A stretch of DNA of 64,000 nucleotides, taken from Candidatus Stercoripulliclostridium sp. (GTDB taxonomy: Bacteria > Bacillota > Clostridia > Christensenellales > DTU072). Where the stretch lies: NCBI GenBank assembly GCA_045577735.1, contig JAZNIY010000025.1, positions 130,007-194,006 on the forward strand, given 5' to 3'. The notes beneath the pieces were generated by a model that was not told where the DNA came from, made no database searches, and worked only from the letters and a program-made list of their open reading frames with translations. Of this stretch, positions 28,420 to 36,623 are shown piece by piece. How positions within the stretch are numbered: the stretch's first letter is position 1; every line of letters starts with the position of its first letter. Position numbers and translations under genes: made by a program.

Positions 28420-28944
28420 ATGCGTTCAACAGGAATTGTGAGAAGAATGGATGAGCTCGGTAGAGTGGTTATACCCAAAGAGTTGCGCCGTACAATGCGC
28501 ATCAAAGAGGGGGAGGAAATAGAGGTTATACAAAAGGATGATACCTTGATTTTGAAAAAGTATTCAGCGCTAAGCGAAATGCTAGATTTCCAAGCTGAGT
28601 ATGCAAGCAGTATATATCGCACTACTGGCTATACTGCTATTATTACCGATAACGACAGAATCGTTGCCATTAGTGGTGATTTGTGCAAGTGCACCGTGGG
28701 GTGTGGCGTGGACGAAAGACTACAAGAGGTCATAGAACTAAGACGAACCGAAGTGCTAAAGGACAGAGAGGTAATCCCTTTCTTTAACGGTAAGACGGAG
28801 GGCGTGAACGGGCAAGTTATCGTTCCTATTATGGTACGTGGTGACGTAATGGGTGCCGTTATATTATATTCTAAAAAAAGACCCGACGACACGCTAATTA
28901 AAACAGCCGAAACTGGCGCACACTTTTTGGGACAAAGGTTATAA
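28420..28944 (+). CDS. spoVT: stage V sporulation protein T (AbrB-family regulator)
   Basis: N-terminal SpoVT/AbrB swapped-hairpin motif TGIVRRMDELGRVVIPKELRRTMRI plus a GAF-like C-terminal half. The 174-aa length and conserved synteny with yabM/mazG-like genes downstream support the call. Confidence 0.85.
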   Translation: MRSTGIVRRMDELGRVVIPKELRRTMRIKEGEEIEVIQKDDTLILKKYSALSEMLDFQAEYASSIYRTTGYTAIITDNDRIVAISGDLCKCTVGCGVDERLQEVIELRRTEVLKDREVIPFFNGKTEGVNGQVIVPIMVRGDVMGAVILYSKKRPDDTLIKTAETGAHFLGQRL

Positions 28945-30500
28945 TGGAAAAATCTTTCGTAAAGAGTGGAATGGTTATGATGCTTGCCCTGCTTATTGCA
29001 AAGGTAATAGGGGCGTGTTACCGCATTCCTTTAACAAACGCACTAGGGGCCGAAGGTATGGGGCTGTACCAATTAATTTACCCGGTTTATGCCTTAATTC
29101 TCACCACGTCAAGTGGTGCGCTTCCTCTTGCAATTAGCGTTTTAGTTTCCGAAAATATTGCAAAAGGAAGCCTAAATGAGAATAAAAGATTGATCAAGGC
29201 ATCTTTTTACGCCCTCTTTGCGATAGGTATTGTGCTAAGTGTTGCGCTTGTTTTGTTAAGCGGGGTTATAGGCTCTTTACAGGGCGTGGATAATGCAAGA
29301 TTAGGATACGTTGCAATTGCGCCAAGCATAGTATTTGTGAGTGGTATTGCCGTTTTGAAAGGATGGTTTCAAGGAAATCACCAAATGTTTCCAAGTGCGC
29401 TTTCTGCCCTTATCGAAGCAGTAGTCAAATTGGTTGTAGGGCTTACTTTAGCCTTTGCACTAAAGGGATACGGCGTGGTACTGCAAGTGGCGGGTGCCCT
29501 TTTCGGTGTTAGTACAAGCGAAGTTGTAACATTTGTTATTCTTATGATAATTTACAAAAAGCGCAACAAACTTTCTAACGTAAAACTAGACTTTGACACA
29601 GCACGCGAAGAATACAAAAACATATTAAAAATCTCTCTTCCTATAACCATAGGGAGTATGGTTTTTCCATTGACCCAGTTTATAGATAGTTTTTTGGTGG
29701 TCAACATCCTAAAAAGTAGCCTTTCAAATAGTGTTGCAACTGCATATTACGGCGTTTTTTCAGGTCCGGTTAGCACGCTAATCAATTTACCCATCTCTTT
29801 AGCGTTAGCAATAGGGATTGCCGTTGTGCCTCATCTTTCCAAAGACAAGGAGGAAAGGAACCTTAAAGCTATCAGGCTAAAGACGTCTACTGCGATTAAG
29901 GTTGCCGTGCTAATTGGAGTGCCGTTTATGGTGTTGTTTATGGTTGCACCTCGTGAGATTTTGTCCTTTTTATACGGTAGACTTTCGACTAACGAATTAG
30001 AACTGGGTGCCGAATTATTAGTGATTTCCGCGCCCACCGTTTTACTTCTTGCCATAACTCAAATATGTACTTCCGTTTTGCAAGGTTTGAAGGATACTCG
30101 CGCACCTATTATCAACATGGCAATAGGTGGAAGTGTAAAACTAATTACTTCGGTTGTTTTGCTTTATACTTTAGGTATAAAAGGTATAGCATATGCCGGA
30201 CTAATTGCTTTTAGCGTTACTGCGCTTTTGAGTTTAGCATCTACGTTTAGGCTAATGGGTAAAAACGGAGAGATTATTAAAAATAGTGGCGTTATAGTAC
30301 TCTTTGGTGGTATAATGGGAATATGCTTGAGCTTCGCAGTTGCTTATTCACTTTCCATAATATGGATTTTGATGATAGCAGTTGTAAGTGGAATGGTATA
30401 CTTGTTCGTTATAATTGCATCAAGAGTGTTTACTAACGATGAAATAATGAGTTTACCATTCGGGCACAAAATACTAAAACTAAAAGGCAAAACGGAGTAG
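28944..30500 (+). CDS. MOP-superfamily polysaccharide/lipid II flippase-like protein (YabM/SpoVB-like)
   Basis: 518 aa with about 14 hydrophobic helices. N-terminus LIAKVIGACYRIPLTNALGAEGMGLYQLIYPVY is typical of the MurJ/Wzx family. Its position after spoVT matches Bacillus. Confidence 0.75.
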   Translation: MEKSFVKSGMVMMLALLIAKVIGACYRIPLTNALGAEGMGLYQLIYPVYALILTTSSGALPLAISVLVSENIAKGSLNENKRLIKASFYALFAIGIVLSVALVLLSGVIGSLQGVDNARLGYVAIAPSIVFVSGIAVLKGWFQGNHQMFPSALSALIEAVVKLVVGLTLAFALKGYGVVLQVAGALFGVSTSEVVTFVILMIIYKKRNKLSNVKLDFDTAREEYKNILKISLPITIGSMVFPLTQFIDSFLVVNILKSSLSNSVATAYYGVFSGPVSTLINLPISLALAIGIAVVPHLSKDKEERNLKAIRLKTSTAIKVAVLIGVPFMVLFMVAPREILSFLYGRLSTNELELGAELLVISAPTVLLLAITQICTSVLQGLKDTRAPIINMAIGGSVKLITSVVLLYTLGIKGIAYAGLIAFSVTALLSLASTFRLMGKNGEIIKNSGVIVLFGGIMGICLSFAVAYSLSIIWILMIAVVSGMVYLFVIIASRVFTNDEIMSLPFGHKILKLKGKTE

Positions 30501-30505
30501 GTGTT

Positions 30506-31534
30506 ATGAACTCATTTACATATTTTACCGGTGAAGATTTCATCCAAAGAAAGATTGCCAATTTTGAATGCAATATACCAATCGTTATTGACGGTATAGA
30601 TGAAGATATTTTTCCCAAAGTTAAAGAAAAACTATTGTTTTATTTTGGCAAGAATGCAACCACCATTATTCTTAACGGCAACGGCGAAAGTGAGGAAATA
30701 AGTGTAGAAAATCTCACTTATTATCCCCGTTTAATAGTAAAATGCTCCGATTTTGTCAGCCGTGATTACTATACGTTCGGTGACCTTGTGGAAATCATAC
30801 GTAGACTACGTGATCCCGATGGTTGTCAATGGGATAGGGCGCAAACCAATGAAAGTATTAGGGGCAACGCCATTGAAGAAGCATACGAATTAGTAGAAGC
30901 TGTTGACTTAAAAGACCGCGATAAAATGGTGGAAGAAAGTGGTGACGTGCTATTGCAAGGTCTTTTCCATGCATCAATTGCCGAAGAAAACGGACTTTTC
31001 ACCCCCGTTGACGTCATAAACGGTGTTTGTCATAAACTTGTTTCTCGCCATACCCACATTTTCGGTGAAAACAAAGCAAAGGATGCCGAAGACGCTTTGA
31101 AATTCTGGGAACAAGCTAAAGCTGTTGAAAAGGGGTATAGTGGGCTAGAAGACAAAATCAATTCCGTGCCGGTTACCTTCGGTTCACTTATGAGAGCTTA
31201 CAAGGTACAAAAGATAATTAAGAAATGTGGTTTTGATTTTGACGATGAAAAGGGAGCCCTTCAAAAGGTATACGAAGAGCTGGATGAACTAATGAGTGCA
31301 ACAACTCCCGGTGAGCAAGAAAAGGAGGCCGGTGACGTGCTATTTGCCGTACTAAACGTACTTCGTTTCCTAAAGGTTGACCCCGAACTTGCATTGAATG
31401 GTACCACTAATCGTTTCATTAAAAGGTTTTTATACGTTGACAAAAAATCACGCGAGCTAGGTTTTGAACTCAAGCGTGAGAATATGGACTTGATGGAAAA
31501 ATATTATCAAGAAGGTAAAAAAGTACTGGGATAA
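30506..31534 (+). CDS. mazG: MazG-family nucleoside triphosphate pyrophosphohydrolase (YabN-like)
   Basis: Tandem MazG motifs: CQWDRAQTNESIRGNAIEEAYELVEAV and a second EELDEL...EAGDVLF block. Synteny after the yabM-like gene. Confidence 0.8.
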   Translation: MNSFTYFTGEDFIQRKIANFECNIPIVIDGIDEDIFPKVKEKLLFYFGKNATTIILNGNGESEEISVENLTYYPRLIVKCSDFVSRDYYTFGDLVEIIRRLRDPDGCQWDRAQTNESIRGNAIEEAYELVEAVDLKDRDKMVEESGDVLLQGLFHASIAEENGLFTPVDVINGVCHKLVSRHTHIFGENKAKDAEDALKFWEQAKAVEKGYSGLEDKINSVPVTFGSLMRAYKVQKIIKKCGFDFDDEKGALQKVYEELDELMSATTPGEQEKEAGDVLFAVLNVLRFLKVDPELALNGTTNRFIKRFLYVDKKSRELGFELKRENMDLMEKYYQEGKKVLG

Positions 31535-32478
31535 TGGTGAAAATAGGGGATATTGAACTTAATTCGCCCTTTATCTTGCCCGCGATTGCAGGGTTTAGCG
31601 ATATTGGGCTTCGAGTTCTTGCTTACAGATATGGAGCAGGGCTTTGCGTTAGTGAAATGGTGTCGGCAAAGGGGCTGGTATATGGTTCGGAAAACACGGC
31701 ATCTCTTCTTGCAACCGATTCACGCGAACCCATCAAAGCTGTTCAATTATTTGGTGGTGAGCCGGAGTTTATAGAGAGGGCAATCTCACTAAAGGTGCTT
31801 AATAAGTTTGATATAATCGATTTGAATTTCGGTTGTCCAGTACCTAAGATAGTAAAAAACGGAGAGGGCTCTGCTTTAATGCGCGACCCATATAGAGTGG
31901 GTATGATAGTGCACTCGGCCGTTAAGAGCGCCGGAGATAGGCCCGTTACGGCAAAAATGCGTATTGGGTTTAATGAAAATGAGATAAACTGCGTGCGCGT
32001 TGCAAAGGAAATAGAGGAAGCTGGCGCTTGTGCTATTACCGTGCATGGTAGGACAAGGGAACAATTTTATAGTGGCAAGGTGAATCTTGATGCTATAAAG
32101 GCTGTTAAGGAAGCCGTAAATATCCCTGTTTTTGGCAATGGTGACGTAACGAGTTTGGACAAAGCAAACGAAATGTTTGGCGCCACTAACGTGGATGGAA
32201 TTGCAGTTGCTCGTGGCGCTGTTGGTAGACCCTATATTTTTACAGAACTCCAAGGTAGGGTTCCCGAATATGACATTACGGAACTCGTAACTGAACATTT
32301 TTCACTGTTAGAAAGCGTTATGCCGGAGCGTGTTGCAGTCAATTGTATTAAGAAACACGTGGCAGGGTATACCTATGGTTTAAGAGGTGGAAAGGAAATT
32401 AAAACTCGCGTTTTCCAAGCAACTACGCGCGAGGAAATTTTAGATATTGCAAAATCATTTAAAAATTTAAGCAAGTGA
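31534..32478 (+). CDS. dus: tRNA-dihydrouridine synthase
   Basis: FMN TIM-barrel motifs DLNFGCP, TVHGRT and GNGD. Stop is TGA. Confidence 0.85.
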   Translation: MVKIGDIELNSPFILPAIAGFSDIGLRVLAYRYGAGLCVSEMVSAKGLVYGSENTASLLATDSREPIKAVQLFGGEPEFIERAISLKVLNKFDIIDLNFGCPVPKIVKNGEGSALMRDPYRVGMIVHSAVKSAGDRPVTAKMRIGFNENEINCVRVAKEIEEAGACAITVHGRTREQFYSGKVNLDAIKAVKEAVNIPVFGNGDVTSLDKANEMFGATNVDGIAVARGAVGRPYIFTELQGRVPEYDITELVTEHFSLLESVMPERVAVNCIKKHVAGYTYGLRGGKEIKTRVFQATTREEILDIAKSFKNLSK

Positions 32479-32535
32479 TTTTTATAGGTTTTCAAGAGAA
32501 AAAGCAAAAAAATTATATTTTTTAAGGTTAAATAA

Positions 32536-32564
32536 TTGATTACACTACAGAGTAGTGTTATAAT
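32536..32564 (+). promoter_or_regulatory. pgk promoter with a palindromic spacer (candidate operator)
   Basis: TTGATT (32536-32541), then a 17-nt spacer that is exactly ACACTAC-AGA-GTAGTGT, then TATAAT (32559-32564). Confidence 0.6.
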
Positions 32565-32599
32565 ATTTATGCAAAAATTATTTTGTATAGGAGATAACT

Positions 32600-33871
32600 A
32601 TGAACAAAAAAACCATTAAAGACGTATCCGTAAAAGGCAAAAAATGTCTAGTTCGCGTTGACCTTAACGTTCCCATGAAAGGTGGCGTTATCACCGATGA
32701 AAACCGTATTAACGGCGCTCTCCCCACCATCAAGTATTTGATGGAACAAGGTGCAAAAGTTATTCTTTGCTCTCACCTTGGCAGACCCTATAACATTTTT
32801 AACGACAAAATTAAGAAGATTAAGCCCGAAGACGAAAGCAAGACCCGTGAAGAACTTGTAGCGCTTACTCTTAAAAAGTGCTCTCTTGCTCCCGTTGCAG
32901 CAAGACTTAACGAGCTACTAGATAACAAAGTTACCTTCGCTACCGACGTTATCGGCGATTCTGCAAAGGTAGCCGTTGCTAACCTCAAAGAAGGTGAAGT
33001 AGTTCTTCTTGAAAACCTACGTTTCCACCAAGAAGAAACCAAAAATGACGAAGAATTTTGCAAGGCTCTTGCTGAGTTCTGTGAAATTTACGTTAACGAT
33101 GCATTCGGCACCGCTCACCGTGCACACGCTTCCACCGCAGGTATTGCTCAATACGGTCTTTGCGAAGAAGCAGTTGCCGGTTTCTTGATCGGTAAAGAAC
33201 TTGACGTTATGGGTGGCGCACTCGAAACTCCCGTTCGTCCCTTCGTTGCTATCCTTGGTGGCGCAAAAGTTAGTGATAAGATCGGCGTTATCAACAATCT
33301 TCTCGAAAAGGTTGATACCCTTATTATCGGTGGCGCAATGGCATACACCTTCTTCAAGGCAAAGGGTTACGGCGTAGGAACCAGTCTTTGTGAACTTGAC
33401 AAGGTTGACCTTGCAAAAGAACTAATCGCTAAGGCAGAAGCTAAGGGCGTTAATATGCTTCTTCCCGTTGATACCGTTGTCGCAAGTGCTTTCCCCAACC
33501 CCATCGATGCTGAAATCGCTGTTGAAACCGTTCCTTCCAACGCTATTCCTGATGACAAAATGGGTCTTGATATTGGCGAAAAGACTCGTGCTCTCTATGC
33601 TGATGCAGTTAAGAGTGCAAAGACCGTTATCTGGAACGGACCTATGGGCGTATTCGAAAACCCCATTCTCGCAAAGGGAACCATTGCAGTAGCTAGCGCA
33701 CTTGCAGAAACCGATGCAACCACTATTATTGGTGGTGGTGACTCCGCAGCAGCTGTTAAGCAACTTGGTTACGCAGACAAGATGACTCACATCTCTACCG
33801 GTGGTGGCGCTTCTCTCGAGTTCCTCGAAGGACTAGAACTACCTGGTGTTGCTTGCCTAAATAACAAATAA
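32600..33871 (+). CDS. pgk: phosphoglycerate kinase
   Basis: Full-length match to PGK hallmarks: [36 protein letters not shown]. Has an insertion of about 25 aa after SHLGRP. Confidence 0.95.
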   Translation: MNKKTIKDVSVKGKKCLVRVDLNVPMKGGVITDENRINGALPTIKYLMEQGAKVILCSHLGRPYNIFNDKIKKIKPEDESKTREELVALTLKKCSLAPVAARLNELLDNKVTFATDVIGDSAKVAVANLKEGEVVLLENLRFHQEETKNDEEFCKALAEFCEIYVNDAFGTAHRAHASTAGIAQYGLCEEAVAGFLIGKELDVMGGALETPVRPFVAILGGAKVSDKIGVINNLLEKVDTLIIGGAMAYTFFKAKGYGVGTSLCELDKVDLAKELIAKAEAKGVNMLLPVDTVVASAFPNPIDAEIAVETVPSNAIPDDKMGLDIGEKTRALYADAVKSAKTVIWNGPMGVFENPILAKGTIAVASALAETDATTIIGGGDSAAAVKQLGYADKMTHISTGGGASLEFLEGLELPGVACLNNK

Positions 33872-33894
33872 TCGAATTATCTACTTCGCTATAC

Positions 33895-33987
33895 TTCGCA
33901 AAGTTAAAAAACCCTGCGGGCGCAGTAGGCACACTACAGCCTCCCTTGAGTTTTTTAACTTTTGCTCGTCTAGCTCGCATCTAATTC
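33895..33987 (+). repeat. intergenic structured repeat, copy 1
   Basis: 13-bp outer stem AAAGTTAAAAAAC (33900-33912) / GTTTTTTAACTTT (33950-33962) encloses two small hairpins (CTGC-GGGC-GCAG, AGGC-N8-GCCT). The last 68 nt are identical to copy 2. Confidence 0.8.
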
Positions 33988-34015
33988 GATTATCCGCAAA
34001 AAAGCAACGGCTAGA

Positions 34016-34105
34016 TTGCAAAGCTAAAACCCTGCGTGCGCAGTAGGCACACTACAGCCTCCCTTGAGTTTTTTAACTTTTGCTCGTCTAGCTCGCATCT
34101 AATTC
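34016..34105 (+). repeat. intergenic structured repeat, copy 2
   Basis: 34038-34105 is identical to 33920-33987 (68/68). The 5' arm differs by a few substitutions or indels. Confidence 0.8.
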
Positions 34106-34144
34106 TTTCAACTCAAAAACAAATCCAAAAAAGGAGATACTATA

Positions 34145-34891
34145 ATGAAAAGACCTATTATCGCAGGTAACTGGAAAATGAACAATACCAACGCAACCAC
34201 CAAAACTCTTCTCCAAGAAATCGCTCCCTTGGTAGCAGATGCTAAGTGTGAAGTAGTAGTTTGCGTTCCCTATACCAACATCGATACTGCAAGAAAAGCT
34301 ATCCGTGGTACCAAGATTAAGCTTGGCGCACAAAACGTTGCTTGGGCACCCAAGGGCGCTTATACCGGTGAAATTTCTGCAGAAATGCTCAAAGAACTCA
34401 AGGTTGAATACGTTATTATTGGACATAGTGAACGTCGTCAATACTTTGGTGAAACCGACCAAAGCGTTAACGCAAGAGTTAAGGCTGCTCTTGAAGCAGG
34501 TCTTAAGCCCATCATTTGCGTAGGCGAAACCCTTGAAGAACGTGAAGCTGGCAAAACTGCAGAAGTTGTTATCCGTCAAACCAACGGCGCTTTCGAAGGT
34601 ATCGACAAGGCATACCTCAAGAGAATCGTTGTTGCTTATGAACCCGTATGGGCTATCGGCACCGGTAAGACTGCTACCGCTCAAGAAGCTAACGACACCA
34701 TCGCTATCATCCGTAAGGCTATTAGAAAGCTTTACAATAAGACCGCTGCTAACGCAATGCGTATCCAATACGGCGGAAGCATGAACGCTAAGAACGCAAG
34801 CGAACTTATGGCTATGCCCGAAATCGACGGCGGACTTATCGGTGGCGCATCTCTCAAGGCTGCAGACTTTGCAAAAGTTGTAAATTACTAA
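34145..34891 (+). CDS. tpiA: triosephosphate isomerase
   Basis: [25 protein letters not shown] and GGASL motifs. SD AAGGAG. Confidence 0.95.
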   Translation: MKRPIIAGNWKMNNTNATTKTLLQEIAPLVADAKCEVVVCVPYTNIDTARKAIRGTKIKLGAQNVAWAPKGAYTGEISAEMLKELKVEYVIIGHSERRQYFGETDQSVNARVKAALEAGLKPIICVGETLEEREAGKTAEVVIRQTNGAFEGIDKAYLKRIVVAYEPVWAIGTGKTATAQEANDTIAIIRKAIRKLYNKTAANAMRIQYGGSMNAKNASELMAMPEIDGGLIGGASLKAADFAKVVNY

Positions 34892-34894
34892 GAT

Positions 34895-36466
34895 ATGGAC
34901 AGACAAATCGTTTTAGTAGTAATGGATGGTATCGGCAAGTCCAAAACCGGACTTGGCGATGCCGTTACCGAAGCACGTACTCCCACGCTCGATAACCTTC
35001 TTGCTACTTGTCCCCACACCTATTTGAAGGCACACGGCACGGCTGTTGGTTTACCTTCTGATGACGATATGGGTAATAGTGAAGTTGGTCACAACGCTCT
35101 TGGCTGTGGTCAAGTTTACTCTCAAGGAGCAAAGCTTGTTAACGAATCCATAGAGAGTGGTGCAATATACGCTTCTAAAGCTTGGAAAGAATTAAAGGAC
35201 AACGTAGTAGAGAATAACTCTACGATGCACTTTATTGGACTACTTTCCGACGGCAACGTTCACTCCAACGTTTCCCACCTTATAGCCATGCTTAAAGAGG
35301 CAAAACAAGAGGGCATCAAAAAGGCAAGAGTGCACGTTCTTCTTGACGGACGTGACGTGCCTGCAACTAGCGCACTCACCTACGTTGATATGCTAGAAGA
35401 AACCCTTGCATCTTTAAACGACGCTAACTTTGACGGCAGAATTGCTTCAGGTGGTGGCAGAATGAAGATAACCATGGACCGTTACTGCGCTAACTGGGAT
35501 ATGGTTAAGAACGGATACAACGTTCACGTTCACGGCATAGGTAGAGGCTTTAACTCTGCAAGTGAAGCTATTAATACCTATAGAGAGGAAAACGCAGGCA
35601 TTATCGACCAAGATTTACCCGCTTTCGTTATTACCGAAAACGGTGCTCCCGTAGGTAAGATTCAAGACAACGATTCCGTTATTTTGTTCAACTTCCGTGG
35701 CGATCGTGCTATCGAAATTAGCATGGCTTTCGACAACGCTGACTTTGACGTTTTCGATCGTGGCAACGCGCCTAAGGTTATGTACGCAGGCATGCTCCAA
35801 TACGACGGAGACCTCCATCTTCCTGCTCGCTTCCTAGTAGAACCTCCTTGCATTAAAGATACTCTTAGCGAGTTCTTAGTAGGTAAAGGGGTATCTCAAT
35901 ATGCTGTTTCGGAAACCCAAAAGTATGGGCACGTAACTTATTTCTGGAATGGTAATCGTTCCGACAAGTTTAGTGAAGAACTCGAAACTTTTGAAGAAAT
36001 TCCTTCCGACAAAGTGTCCTTTGACGAACGTCCTTGGATGAAGAGTGCAGAAGTTACCGATGCACTAATTAACGCAATTAAATCCAACAAATACGGTTTC
36101 ATTAGATGTAACTATCCCAACGGCGATATGGTTGGACATACCGGTAGTTTTGAAGCAACCGTTATTGGTGTAGAATCCGTTGACTTGGCACTTTCTAGAC
36201 TTCTTCCAGTTATTGACGAAGCAAACGCAATTTTGCTCATTACTGCAGACCATGGTAACGCTGATGAAATGCTTGAAAAGAACAAGAAGGGTGCACTTCA
36301 ACCTCGTACTGCACACAGCCTTAATAAGGTCCCCTTCATCGTTTACGGCGTAGACGCAGAAATAGCAGAAAACGACAATGCTGGACTTGCAAACGTTGCT
36401 GCAACCGTTGTTAAATTAATGGGATATGAAGCACCTGCAAGTTGGGAAGCTTCCATAATCAAATAG
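34895..36466 (+). CDS. gpmI: 2,3-bisphosphoglycerate-independent phosphoglycerate mutase
   Basis: Contains DGIG, the SEVGHNALG catalytic Ser region, and ADHGNAD. It is 523 aa and starts 3 nt after the tpiA stop. Confidence 0.9.
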   Translation: MDRQIVLVVMDGIGKSKTGLGDAVTEARTPTLDNLLATCPHTYLKAHGTAVGLPSDDDMGNSEVGHNALGCGQVYSQGAKLVNESIESGAIYASKAWKELKDNVVENNSTMHFIGLLSDGNVHSNVSHLIAMLKEAKQEGIKKARVHVLLDGRDVPATSALTYVDMLEETLASLNDANFDGRIASGGGRMKITMDRYCANWDMVKNGYNVHVHGIGRGFNSASEAINTYREENAGIIDQDLPAFVITENGAPVGKIQDNDSVILFNFRGDRAIEISMAFDNADFDVFDRGNAPKVMYAGMLQYDGDLHLPARFLVEPPCIKDTLSEFLVGKGVSQYAVSETQKYGHVTYFWNGNRSDKFSEELETFEEIPSDKVSFDERPWMKSAEVTDALINAIKSNKYGFIRCNYPNGDMVGHTGSFEATVIGVESVDLALSRLLPVIDEANAILLITADHGNADEMLEKNKKGALQPRTAHSLNKVPFIVYGVDAEIAENDNAGLANVAATVVKLMGYEAPASWEASIIK

Positions 36467-36491
36467 GTTTCATAAACTTAATATTTAAGAA

Positions 36492-36516
36492 AGGTAGTTT
36501 TTAACTACCTTTTTTT
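36492..36516 (+). terminator. Rho-independent terminator after gpmI
   Basis: AGGTAGTT-TTT-AACTACCT followed by T7. Confidence 0.75.
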
Positions 36517-36561
36517 ATGTTCCGTTAACATTATTTTAACATTTCTTTTGGACTTTCTATA

Positions 36562-36590
36562 TTGACACGCGCGTATGTATGCGTTATAAT
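36562..36590 (+). promoter_or_regulatory. consensus sigma-A promoter of the ABC exporter operon
   Basis: TTGACA, 17-nt spacer (CGCGCGTATGTATGCGT), TATAAT. Confidence 0.65.
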
Positions 36591-36623
36591 ATATATTAAT
36601 ATTTTATAAAAGAGGATTTGGGA

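Noticed and set aside
33795-33980. Minus-strand mini-ORF starting MRARRAKVKKLKGGCSVPTA, encoded by both copies of the pgk-tpiA repeat.
   Set aside because: Neither copy has an SD before the ATG. A single substitution truncates copy 2 to 25 codons, while copy 1 runs 61 codons into the antisense of pgk. Conservation therefore tracks the DNA/RNA element, not a peptide.
33895-34105. Possible CRISPR array or terminator duplication.
   Set aside because: There are only two repeat units, each ~90 nt, separated by a 28-nt gap, and no cas genes. There is no plus-strand U tract after the stems. The CTGCGCCCGCAGGG-T6 hairpin reads as a terminator only on the minus strand, where no gene ends.
34088-34906. 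272-aa ORF antisense to tpiA. Similar long antisense ORFs occur at 22684-23517, 49022-49519, 36531-37040, 31876-32298 and 37203-37640.
   Set aside because: Each lies entirely opposite a full-length, motif-verified gene. They have no SD and no recognisable motifs. They show the Cys/Val/Phe-rich composition typical of shadow frames produced by codon bias.
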